NCBI RefSeq assembly: GCF_964355755.1
Contig: NC_092672.1
Coordinates: 3,534,001-3,598,000, forward strand
Reading direction: 5' to 3'
Source: Antedon mediterranea
Lineage: Eukaryota; Animalia; Echinodermata
DNA: 64,000 nucleotides
The stretch's first letter is position 1; each line of letters begins with the position of its first letter. The translations under genes and the position numbers were made by a program. Positions 12,908 to 24,400 of the stretch are shown one piece after another. The notes under the pieces were generated by a model. The model searched no databases. It saw only the letters and a list, made by a program, of their open reading frames with translations, and had not been told where the DNA came from.

Positions 12908-15900
12908 GTGAAAACTTAGCTGATGAAAACTCAATGAATCTAAGAGAACAGAGTGAGAGACGCCCTACAGCTAAGGCCCTGTCAATTAGCATTGCTACTG
13001 AAGTAAAACTGTTGAGTCAAACTCAGAGAAAGGCTCAAGAAGCATCAAGTGAACTAGAAGATGTTCCAAGCGACGAATTTGAGATACAAACTGCATTATG
13101 CAAAGCTAAAGCTTCATTAAAGGAATATAGTGATGCTTGGTGCGTATTGAATAAATTGTATGCACAAGATAGAGATGGTATTCATCGCGAAGATCACCTG
13201 GAGAATGAGAACATATATCTCACCATTGCCAACTCCATCCAAGCTAGTATAACAAGTGTTATGGATAAGGCACATGCATTAGCCCTTGAGTGTCAAGCCT
13301 CAAAATCTGCAGCATCAAAGAGTTCATGTCGATCTATTGTTAGCATTAAAGCTCAAGCCGTGGCGAATGTTGCTGCAGCCAACAAAACTGCTCAATTTGT
13401 TGAAAAAATGGCTAAACAGAAAGCAGACCTTACAGCAAAGGAAGCTGAAATGGAAATTAAGAAAGCAGAAGCAAGGCTTGAAGAAATAAGGCGGGAAGCA
13501 CAGCAAAGAACAGAACATGCCAAAGCTGAAGCAGAGTTCAAAGTTTTAGAGGCTAAACAAGCTGCAGCTGTAGAGAATGCACGAGTTGATGCAATTCAAC
13601 AGGAAATTCAGAACGGATATCGAGAAATTATGACCACACCACACCAAACCTCAAATGATCATGCACTAAGGTTTCGCAACCTAACCAAACCTCAACCTCT
13701 AATGACACAGACACAAGCAACAACAGCCCAACCGACAATGCCTCAAAATCAATCTAGCAGTACCACAGACTTAAACGCTTTAGCAGAAGCCTTTTCTTCA
13801 GCCTTCAGTATGAACCGCATACCAGCACCAGAGCCACCAATATTCGATGGCGATCCTCTTAAGTACTATGATTGGAACGCATCCTTTAGATGTTTAATCG
13901 AAAATAAAGGAATTTCTAAGGCAGACAGAATTCACTACCTTAAGAGATACATAGGAGGCCCAGCAAAGGAAGTTGTCAGTGGATACTTTCTGCTACAAGG
14001 TGAACATGCTTATGAAAACGCTAAAGCAGTTTTAGAAAAAAGATATGGAAATCCATTTATAGTTTCCGAAGCATTTAGAGACAAATTAGACAGCTGGCCA
14101 AGGATTCAAGCAAGAGATTACAATGGCCTTAGGCGACTCTCTGACTTTCTGAACCAATGCAACATAGCAATGAAGGAAATGAAAGGCTTGGAAGTTCTTA
14201 ATGACAGCAGAGAAAACCGGAAAATTCTTCAAAAATTACCAGATTGGTTAGTGAATAGATGGCGAAGAAACGCAGTGAGCGCTATGCAAATCAAGGGTAG
14301 TTATCCAACATTCAATGACCTTTCCACATTTTTGACGACCGAAGCTGAAATTGTTTGCGATCCTGTTACCTTAATACCAGAAAATGAAACAAAATTCACA
14401 GAAAAAAGTTCAAGATATCGAAACCAATCTCAAACGCTAGCCACCAGTATCAGTGGAATGCCATCATGCTTCATGTGTAAAATGAATAACCATCACCTAA
14501 GTGACTGCAGAGCGTTTGCCAGAAAACCTGAAACCGAAAAACAGCAATACATCAAGCAAAATGGTCTATGCTTCAGCTGCTTACAACATGGCCATGTGTC
14601 AAGGAACTGTAACCAGAAAAGTATTTGTAAAATTTGCCAAAGGAGACATCCAACAAGTCTCCATGTAAAGGAGAGAGATTCAGCTCACGAGATGACTGAA
14701 GCAAAAATGCAGGTTATCAAGTTACAAGAGACTGTCACTAAGAAAGAGACACTATTGCAGGATTTAGCCACAAAGTATGCTAAGAAAAATGATGAGTTAG
14801 CAGAAATTAAAGAAGAAAGAGATCTGGCTAAAAGGAAATCAGATGACGAACTTGCTTATATGAACAAACAATTTCAACAGGCTGTAGCGTCTAATCCACC
14901 TAACATTAGTGAACAATTGGCTTTACTACATGCAGAACTTGATGAGACTTATGGACAACAAATTGTTATGATTAAGTCACAGCTGCAGGAAAGACACCAG
15001 AATGAAATGCAAGAATTGCAAAAGAAATGTGAAGAAGATGCTGAAACTAATAACAAAATTAGAGATGCATTAGAACAGAATTTAAAGGAACTCCAAGACC
15101 AATTAGATGAGAAAGAGATGGACTTAGAGGCTTGTCAGAACATCCAAAAAGACTTCGAAGATCAAGTTGCACTTCTTAATAATCACAACAAGGAACTAAC
15201 AGAGAAAATGGAGAAAGAAGAAGATGTAACTTTGCAACTTCATCGAGAGCTTGATGAAGCTAACCAAGAAATGCAGAAGAAAACTTCAGAGTTAGATGAA
15301 AGAGTTACCCAGTTTATTGATGAAAAAGAAAGATTGGAAAATGAATATCGGAAAAGGTTTGAAGATGAAAGTGCCCATCAAGAAGATATCCATCGCATTG
15401 TATTAAACCAACAGCGTTCTGAAGTTGTTGCTGAAATTGATCGCAAAATGAAACCCAAAGTAGAAGAAGTTGAAGACCATTTCAAGGTTCAATTCTGTAC
15501 TGAAAAATCGGACAAAGAGAACGAATTTGTTCAAGAATTCAAGAACATTCGACAGCAGTTAGCAGAATCTCATGCAGAAGAGATTGAAGCTGTTACAAAG
15601 AAAATCACAGATGAATTAACTGAAAAGCATAACATTATGCTAGAGGAGGAAACGAAAAAGCTCTTCAAAGGAATAAATGATATATCTGAAGAGAAGGTAT
15701 CGACGGAGCAGAATCGGAATAAAGATTGGATTGAAAATCAAGAAAAAGAATTAAAGGAACAAATTGTAAATATAAAAGTCGAGCTTCAACAAGTGAACGA
15801 AAAGAATTCAAAAATACAAACTGTTAACTTATTCTTTATATTGTTAATATACTTCCAGTTTTGCATTACTTGTGTTTATTCTGGCAAGGGTGGGAGTTAA
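12778..15900 (+). CDS. BEL/Pao Gag (DUF1759-like capsid plus three Zn knuckles) fused in frame to an AKAP9/pericentrin-like coiled-coil segment; true start probably ATG 12934
   Basis: PEPPIFDGDPLKYYDW..F..LIE..R.HYLKRY..A...LE.RYG is the BEL Gag core. The knuckles are CFMCKMNNHHLSDC, CFSCLQHGHVSRNC and CKICQRRHPTSLH. About 410 aa of E/K/Q-rich heptads follow, including LHAELDETYGQQIVMIKSQL. No protease, RT, RNase H or integrase motifs are present. Confidence 0.9.
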   Translation: MVFIQVANDIVICRDTRDSSENKSRNISIYKICNLFMMDAYGNSENLADENSMNLREQSERRPTAKALSISIATEVKLLSQTQRKAQEASSELEDVPSDEFEIQTALCKAKASLKEYSDAWCVLNKLYAQDRDGIHREDHLENENIYLTIANSIQASITSVMDKAHALALECQASKSAASKSSCRSIVSIKAQAVANVAAANKTAQFVEKMAKQKADLTAKEAEMEIKKAEARLEEIRREAQQRTEHAKAEAEFKVLEAKQAAAVENARVDAIQQEIQNGYREIMTTPHQTSNDHALRFRNLTKPQPLMTQTQATTAQPTMPQNQSSSTTDLNALAEAFSSAFSMNRIPAPEPPIFDGDPLKYYDWNASFRCLIENKGISKADRIHYLKRYIGGPAKEVVSGYFLLQGEHAYENAKAVLEKRYGNPFIVSEAFRDKLDSWPRIQARDYNGLRRLSDFLNQCNIAMKEMKGLEVLNDSRENRKILQKLPDWLVNRWRRNAVSAMQIKGSYPTFNDLSTFLTTEAEIVCDPVTLIPENETKFTEKSSRYRNQSQTLATSISGMPSCFMCKMNNHHLSDCRAFARKPETEKQQYIKQNGLCFSCLQHGHVSRNCNQKSICKICQRRHPTSLHVKERDSAHEMTEAKMQVIKLQETVTKKETLLQDLATKYAKKNDELAEIKEERDLAKRKSDDELAYMNKQFQQAVASNPPNISEQLALLHAELDETYGQQIVMIKSQLQERHQNEMQELQKKCEEDAETNNKIRDALEQNLKELQDQLDEKEMDLEACQNIQKDFEDQVALLNNHNKELTEKMEKEEDVTLQLHRELDEANQEMQKKTSELDERVTQFIDEKERLENEYRKRFEDESAHQEDIHRIVLNQQRSEVVAEIDRKMKPKVEEVEDHFKVQFCTEKSDKENEFVQEFKNIRQQLAESHAEEIEAVTKKITDELTEKHNIMLEEETKKLFKGINDISEEKVSTEQNRNKDWIENQEKELKEQIVNIKVELQQVNEKNSKIQTVNLFFILLIYFQFCITCVYSGKGGS

Positions 15901-15929
15901 GGTTAAATCATAGATGATTTGGGTGGGAG

Positions 15930-16422
15930 TATAACTGCAGCCTACTTATAGGAGGCCCTCTAAAGTTCAAATAGATAAAAAGTGATAAGAGAGAATAAGA
16001 CATTTTTTATGACATAAAGTTTAGAGATAATCATTGTTCAAAGTATCTTTACCATAGGCTCCAATAAGGCTACAAGGTATTTACACATGGTTATTCATGT
16101 GATTGTAATTATAACTTATGACTTGTATTTTTAATTAGTTGAGTTTTACTTCATTGCTGAAAGCTAGCCCTCTAGGCTTTAGGGTATCATGTTCCCCAGC
16201 CCCATGAGTCAGACCTGTGCTTGTCTGCCTGTACGATGATGATATGATTAGGCCTACATTGTAATGCTAATCTTTGTTTTATTATAGTTTTCACGGTGTT
16301 TATTCAAGTTGCTAATGATACTGTAATTTGTAGAGATACAAGAGATAGTTCAGAGAATAAATAAAGGAACATCAGTATCTACAAAATTTGTAATTTATTT
16401 ATGATGGACGCCTACGGAAACA
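15930..16422 (+). repeat. 3' LTR of the BEL/Pao element
   Basis: TATAACTGCAGCC...GCCTACGGAAACA followed by the TSD CTCAC. Confidence 0.95.
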
Positions 16423-16962
16423 CTCACATACATTTCTGACTTGCCTTCCCAGCCTCGCGTGCCTCAATCAATGTATGATCAATGTATTTGGACCTTCTCA
16501 TAATGCATTGGTGCATGTGGAATAAGGTAGTCAGGATGATGTGAGGAATTGTTTATTGATGATTTGTGAATTCTTATATTTATATAAAGTACAAGTACAA
16601 GTACAAGTTCTGAAAAGAACTGACGTGAGTTTCTTACCGTTTCGATCAATATTATGCTTTGATTGTCCCGTCCATAGATATCATGATCGTCCTTAGGAGT
16701 GAGGAGTAGTGTTTTCTGATTCTCCTGAGGACTATCAAAGTATAAATTTATTTGATTGAAACGTCGAGAAACTTAACAATTCATTCATTTTAGAACTATA
16801 TATATACGCGTGGTGTATGTACTGCAAACTTTATATAATATTTGATTTCGTCATGAAAACCTTTAAACAACTCTCATATTCTTCCATTTTCTTTCTTTGT
16901 CAAGTCGGCATTCATCATTTTATACCTTTTACATATTTGATATTGTTTTTATGCTAAAACAG

Positions 16963-19900
16963 GCATCTTTGCACCGTCCTCATGATGACTCAGCATTATC
17001 GCATCTTTACACCGTCCTCATGATGACTCAGCATTATCGCATCTTTGCACCATCCTCATGATGACTCAGCATTATCGCATCTTTGCACCGTCCTCATGAT
17101 GACTCAGGATTATCACATCTTTGCACCGTCCTCATGATGACTCAGCATTATCGCATCTTTACACCATCCTCATGATGACTCAGCATTATCACATCTTTGC
17201 ACCGTCATCATGATGACTCAGCATTATCGCATCTTTGTACCGTCCTCATGATGACTCAGCATTATCGCCTCTTTGCACCGTCCTCATGATGACTCAGCAT
17301 TATCACATCTTTGCACCGTCCTCATGATGACTCAGCATTATCACATCTCTGCACCGTCCTCATGATGACTCAGCATTATCACATCTTTGCACCGTCCTCA
17401 TGATGACTCAGCCATATCGCATCTTTGCACCGTCCTCATGATGACTCAGCATTATCGCATCTTTGCACCGTCCTCATGATGACTCAGCATTATCACATCT
17501 TTGCACCGTCCTCATGATGACTCAGCATTATCGCATCTTTGTACCGTCCTCATGATGACTCAGCATTATCGCATCTTTGCACCGTCCTCATGATGACTCA
17601 GCATTATCACATCTTTGCACCGTCCTCATGATGACTCAGCATTATCACATCTTTGCACCGTCCTCATGATGACTCAGCATTATCACATCTTTGCACCGTC
17701 CTCATGATGACTCAGCATTATCACATCTTTACCGTCCTCATATGATGACTCAGCATTATCACATCTTTGAACCGTCCTCATGATGACTCAGCATTATCAC
17801 ATCTTTGCACCGTCCTCATGATGACTCAGCATTATCACATCTTTGCACCGTCCTCATGATGACTCAGCATTATCACATCTTTGCACCGTCCTCATGATGA
17901 CTCAGCATTATCGCATCTTTGCACCGTCCTCATGATGACTCAGCATTATCGCATATTTGCATCGTCCTCATGATGACTCAGCATTATCACATCTTTGTAC
18001 CGTCCTCGTGATGACTCAGCATTATCACATCTTTGTACCGTCCTCGTGATGACTCAGCATTATCACATCTTTGCACCGTCCTCATGATGACTCAGCATTA
18101 TCGCATATTTGCATCGTCCTCATGATGACTCAGCATTATCACATCTTTGCACCGTCCTCATGATGACTCAGCATTATCACATCTTTGCACCGTCCTCATG
18201 ATGACTCAGCATTATCACATCTTTGCACCGTCCTCATGATGACTCAGCATTATCACATCTTTGCAACGTCCTCATGATGACTCAGCATTATCTCATCTTT
18301 GCACCGTCCTCATGATGACTCAGCATTATCATATCTTTGCACCGTCCTCATGATGACTCAGCATTATTGCATCTTTGCACCGTCCTCCTATGATGACTCA
18401 GCATTATCACATCTTTGTACCGTCCTCATGATGACTCAGCATTATCACATCTTTGCACCGTCCTCATATGATGACTCAGCATTATCACATCTTTGCACCG
18501 TCCTCATGATGACTCAGCATTATCACATCTTTGCACCGTCCTCATGATGACTCAGCATTATCACATCTTTACCGTCCTCATGATGACTCAGCATTATCGC
18601 ATCTTTGCACCGTCCTCATGATGACTCAGCATTATCACATCTTTGCACCGTCCTCATGATGACTCAGCATTATCACATCTTTACCGTCCTCATATGATGA
18701 CTCAGCATTATCACATCTTTGTACCGTCCTCATGATGACTCAGCATTATCACATCTTTGCAACGTCCTCATGATGACTCAGCATTATCGCATATTTGTAC
18801 CGTCCTCATGATGACTCAGCATTATCGCATCTTTACACCGTCCTCATGATGACTCAGCATTATCACATCTTTGTACCGTCCTCATGATGACTCAGCATTA
18901 TCGCATCTTTGCACCGTCCTCATATGATGACTCAGCATTATCGCATCTTTGCACCTTCCTCATGATGACTCAGCATTATCACATCTTTGCACCGTCCTCA
19001 TATGATGACTCAGCATTATCACATCTTTGCACCGTCCTCATGATGACTCAGCATTATCACATCTTTGCACCGTCCTCATGATGACTCAGCATTATCACAT
19101 CTTTTAACCGTCCTCATGATGACTCACCATTATTGCATCTTTTCACCGTCCTCATGATGACTCAGCATTATCACATCTTTGCACCGTCCTCATGATGACT
19201 CAGCATTATCACATCTTTACCGTCCTCATATGATGACTCAGCATTATCACATCTTTGTACCGTCCTCGTGATGACTCAGCATTATCACATCTTTGCACCG
19301 TCCTCATGATGACTCAGCATTATCGCATATTTGCATCGTCCTCATGATGACTCAGCATTATCACATCTTTGCACCGTCCTCATGATGACTCAGCATTATC
19401 ACATCTTTGCACCGTCCTCATGATGACTCAGCATTATCACATCTTTGCACCGTCCTCATGATGACTCAGCATTATCACATCTTTGCACCTTCCTCATGAT
19501 GACTCAGCATTATCACATCTTTGCAACGTCCTCATGATGACTCAGCATTATCACATCTTTGCACCGTCCTCATGATGACTCAGCATTATCACATCTTTGC
19601 ACCGTCCTCATGATGACTCAGCATTATCACATCTTGGCAACGTCCTCATGATGACTCAGCATTATCACATCTTTGCACCGTCCTCATGATGACTCAGCAT
19701 TATCACATCTTTGCACCGTCCTCATGATGACTCAGCATTATCGCATCTTTGCACCGTCCTCATGATGACTCAGCATTATCGCATATTTGTACCGTCCTCA
19801 TGATGACTCAGCATTATCGCATCTTTACACCGTCCTCATGATGACTCAGCATTATCACATCTTTGTACCGTCCTCATGATGACTCAGCATTATCGCATCT

Positions 19901-21432
19901 TTGCACCGTCCTCATGATGACTCGGCATTATCACATCTTTACCGTCCTCATGATGACTCAGCATTATCGCATCTTTGCACCGTCCTCATGATGACTCAGC
20001 ATTATCACATCTTTGCACCGTCCTCATGATGACTCAGCATTATCACATCTTTACCGTCCTCATATGATGACTCAGCATTATCACATCTTTGTACCGTCCT
20101 CATGATGACTCAGCATTATCACATCTTTGCACCGTCCTCATGATGACTCAGCATTATCACATCTTTGCACCGTCCTCATGATGACTCAGCATTATCACAT
20201 CTTTGCACCGTTCCTCATGTTGACTCAGCATTATCACATCTTTGCACCGTCCTCATGATGACTCAGCATTATCACATCTTTGCACCGTCCTCATGATGAC
20301 TCAGCATTATCGCATCTTTGCACCGTCCTCATGATGACTCAGCATTATCGCATCTTTGCACAGTCCTCATGATGACTCAGCATTATCGCATCTTTGCACC
20401 GTCCTCATATGATGACTCAGCATTATCGCATCTTTGCACCGTCCTCATGATGACTCAGCATTATCGCATCTTTGCACCGTCCTCATGATGACTCAGCATT
20501 ATCGCATCTTTGCACCGTCCTCATGATGACTCAGCATTATCGCATCTTTGCACCGTCCTCGTGATGACTCAGCATTATCACATCTTTGCACCGTCCTCAT
20601 GATGACTCAGCATTATCACATCTTTGCACCGTCCTCATGATGACTCAGCATTATCACATATTTGCACCGTCCTCATGATGACACAGCATCATATCTTTGT
20701 ACCATCCGCGTGATGACTCAGCATTATCACATCTTTGCACCGTCCTCATGATGACACAGCATCATATCTTTGTACCGTCCTCGTGATGACTCAGCATTAT
20801 CGCATCTTTGCACCGTCCTCATGATGACTCAGCATTATCACATCTTTGCACCGTCTTCATGATGACTCAGCATTATCACATCTTTGTACCGTCCTCATGA
20901 TGATTCAGCATTATCACATCTTTACACCGTCCTCATGATGACTCAGCATTATCACATCTTTGCACCGTCCTCATGATGACTCAGCATTATCACATCTTTG
21001 CACCGTCCTCATGATGACTCAGCATTATCACATCTTTACACCGTCCTCAGGATGACTCAGCATTATCACATCTTTACACCGTCCTCATGATGACTCAGCA
21101 TTATCACATCTTTGCACCGTCCTCATATGATGACTCAGCAGTATCACATCTTTGTACCGTACTCATGATGACTCAGCATTATCACATCTTTGCACCGTCC
21201 TCATGATGACTCAGCATTATCACATCTTTGCAACTTCCTCATGATGACTCAGCATTATCGCATCTTTGTACCGTCCTCATGATGACTCAGCATTATCACA
21301 TCTTTGCACCGTCCTCATGATGACTCAGCATTATCACATCTTTGCAACGTCCTCATGATGACTCAGCATTATCGCATCTTTACACCGTCCTCATGATGAC
21401 TCAGCATTATCGCATCTTTGCACCGTCCTCAT
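16963..21432. repeat. 38-bp tandem satellite, ~117 copies; nearly every unit contains ATGACTCAGCA
   Basis: Unit ATCTTTGCACCGTCCTCATGATGACTCAGCATTATC(A/G)C. Period of 38 checked at 17581/17619. Units abut with no unique spacers. Confidence 0.98.
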
Positions 21433-24400
21433 TAGTCCAGTCAATCTAGTGATATTTAGAGGTAAACCCACCACAAATTGCAATAGTAACGAAACATTAA
21501 TTTTTTCATTCCAAATGTAGTTTATAATGACATATTAAAAGTCACCAAAAATTGAAGCATTGGAACACATTATTTTTTACGTAATCTCAACAACTATATA
21601 GTGATTTTATTTCATAAATATTTTGGGGTAGGGGGTAACATTTATGCCCATAACTTGTGGTTTTATAATCCAATCTCAATAATCTTGATATCAATGTGTA
21701 GAATATATATTTTTTTCTAATATGCAATTTACAAAAACAAAATACAACATTTATTTATATAACTAGAGGTCAAAAGGTTATTGACCTTTTACAAAAACTC
21801 ATTTTTTTCCTTAAAAAAATAATTAACTGTAATATTGTGCCATAATTGTATATGCATTTAATCAAAATTGTGTTTTATCTGTACCTATCGATATATAAAA
21901 TAGCAAACATGATGTTAACTAGAAGAATTTTAAAAGTAATGATGTACTATTCTTATTGAAATTGATTCTTGATCAAATGTAATGTAAACAATTTTGGGGT
22001 AGGGGGTAGCGTTTATGCCTATAATCCATTGTTTTATAATCATATCTAAATAGCTTTAGTACCAATGTGTAGAGTATATATATCCTACTAATAATATACA
22101 TTAAAAAAACAATTAATAAAAGTTATACGTAACTAGAGGTCAAAAGGTCATTGACCTTTTACAAAAACTCAAATGTTCTTAAAATAGCGTAAAACTAAAT
22201 TATGTTTACCTGTATATATATTATATTTATATTTTGGAAGTATTTGGTGCAAATAATGTTTTTCTTGTACCTATTGTATCGTCATGAAATAGGAAAAATG
22301 ATACTAGCTAGAAGAAAATTGAAATTCATTAGCGGTATGTACTATTGATGATTAATGAGTCTTGATAATTTGGAATCAACTCATGATTTACTATAGATAG
22401 ATTTTTGATAATTTTAGTATCAACGAATGTACGTAATGAGAAGTATTTTCTCCTCTCTTGTATATTATATACACGGATGACTGTCGGAGCAAACAGGACA
22501 ATCTTTTCAAATTTGCTGACGACACTGTCTTGCTGTCTCTCCTTCAAAATTCACAGGACGGTCATGGTTCCGCATTAGATGGTTTTATCCAATTTTGTGG
22601 AAACGCCTACTTGGAACTCAATGTCACCAAAACCAAGGAGATAATTGTAGATTTTAGGAAGGAGAAAGGACGCAGCCCTCTGGTATCCCCCACAAATGAC
22701 GAACCAGCGATATTGTCCATTCCTTTAAATACCTAGGTACTATATTTGAGGACAATCTCAGCTGGGAATTAAATACAGAGACAATAGTAAAGAAAGGACA
22801 CCAGAGACTTTATCTGTTAAGGAAGCTGAACCATTTTAATGTCAATAAAGTAATTCTCATGGTTTTTTATAATTCCTTTATTGAGAACGTTTTAACTTTT
22901 TTTCTTTATATGCTGGTTTTTTAGTCTTAGGGTCAAAGAGAGAAACTCACTACAAAGTTGTTAACTTAAGTTCTAAATTAATAGGTTGTCAACTTCGTAG
23001 CTTGTCTTCCTTCTGTGACATGCAAACTCTAGAAAAAAAGTAGAGCTATTCTAAAAAATGTTAACCATGCCTTGTTCGGTGATTTCGAGCTCATGCCTCA
23101 TGGGCGTCGCTTTCAATGCCCGGCATGTAGAACAAACTGGAAAAGAAATTCGTTTTTGCCAGTTGCCATCCGACTCTTAAATTCTTGAACTTTGACTCTT
23201 GTTATATTGTACTGTATATTGTGATATTTTTGTATATTTTGTAAGATCATTTTAATCCAGACCTTTTTATTTGAATTGCTCCGTGTGGGATGATATTGTT
23301 TAATCCTTCAAATAGAAAAGCACTCACAACTTATATGTCATCAGTATCACTTTCTTGTTCGGGTATTAGTACAGTGCAATGCCATTGCATTCACCACATG
23401 TAGTTCTAGTTACCCCTGAATGCTTCAAGGAGATACTCAGGCTCTGGCTTTAAGTCTGTGTGTAGAGGAACCATGTTTCCATCATCTGATCTTCCATCCC
23501 CAATCCTCGGTACACATATCAACCCCACTCCATTGCTAAAAGATAACTTGAACCTGATGTTAAGTACCTTGGTTGTGGTACGATTTTGAAGTTGGCGATA
23601 TGCGAGGTTGTACTTGTAGATGGGATGGAGTCAAAGGCATTCCACGTTGTCCAGGTAGTCCATTGTACAGACGCACTAAACCATTTTCTCTAGCAACCAC
23701 TGTGTCATCCTTTGTAGCTTGTTTGCATTTGAAGACTACAGCATAATGTCAGAAATAAGTGCAATGACAAGCTTTTTTTAGAGCCACTTGTTTTCCAATT
23801 CCGAAAACTCTGGATGTTGTGTCACCAGTATCGCATGAGCAAACAGAAGGTTATCACAGATGTCTCTCAAATGTACTGTTTGAACCAGTTTGATAGTCCA
23901 GCATCTCAGCTCCAGTCTAAAGAATATCACAAGATGTTTTAAATGCTTGACTGCAGAGGAGCACTAGTAGATCCGTGTCATCGGATAATGACAGCTGTTT
24001 TCCTGTTTGCTGATTCAATGGTTTTTTGTACTTCTATCCGAAAGAACATCTGCATCAGCAGCTGCATTCAATCATTGCCATGTTGTTCAAATACTAGTTA
24101 CGAAGATTTATAATTTGTTGTTTGTTACAGAAAGTGATCCTATTTTGTGGAACATGTCACTGGTAAAATGTACAGGGACACTACCACCTGACCCGCCTTA
24201 CCATGTGCGCCGTCTTTGGTGGACGAGCCGCTTTCATAATTATCAAAGACTATGCAGAGCAATATTTTTTACAGATCTCTACACTATTCCATATGAATGC
24301 TGTGCAGTAGAGCACTACCATCTAAAATGTAGGCCTACTGGACATCATTCAGTGAGTTGGATGTATTAGACTTTTCAGAAGAAGTTGTTTCCACGTGGCA

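Larger units (their letters stand above)
12415..16422 (+). mobile_element. Non-autonomous BEL/Pao LTR retrotransposon, recently inserted, lacking pol
   Basis: Two 493-bp LTRs (12415-12907 TG..CA; 15930-16422 TA..CA) with about 5 mismatches seen by eye. 5-bp TSD CTCAC at 12410-12414 and 16423-16427. Purine-rich GGGTGGGAG lies immediately before the 3' LTR. The internal ORF has BEL Gag motifs. Confidence 0.95.
8447..16465 (+). mobile_element. Outer non-autonomous DNA transposon (~2 kb net), interrupted by an inverted copy of the same family and by an LTR element
   Basis: Begins GAGTGTTGACAAAGTGCGAGG at 8447, and 8447-10286 is the reverse complement of the 10296-12385 element. The sequence resumes at 12386-12414 (TTTGATGATGGTAAAACGATGCCTCAC) and at 16428-16465 (ATACATTTCTGACTTGCCTTCCCAGCCTCGCGTGCCTC). 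The extreme end is truncated and there is no coding capacity. Confidence 0.75.

Noticed and set aside
12778-12933. ATG 12778 as the true start of the Gag fusion
   Set aside because: It lies inside the 5' LTR and reads ACG in the 3' LTR. ATG 12934, just after the LTR and before the R..RRPT.K Gag N-terminal motif, is more plausible.
12778-15900. Domesticated host gene or ordinary myosin/golgin gene
   Set aside because: It is flanked by near-identical LTRs and a TSD and is intronless, so it is a recent mobile insertion rather than an established host gene.
16963-21432. CRISPR-like array (repeat length in the CRISPR range) and ORFs 18299-18547 and 18884-19081
   Set aside because: Units are head-to-tail with no unique spacers, there are no cas genes, and the context is eukaryotic. 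The ORFs are translations of the repeat.
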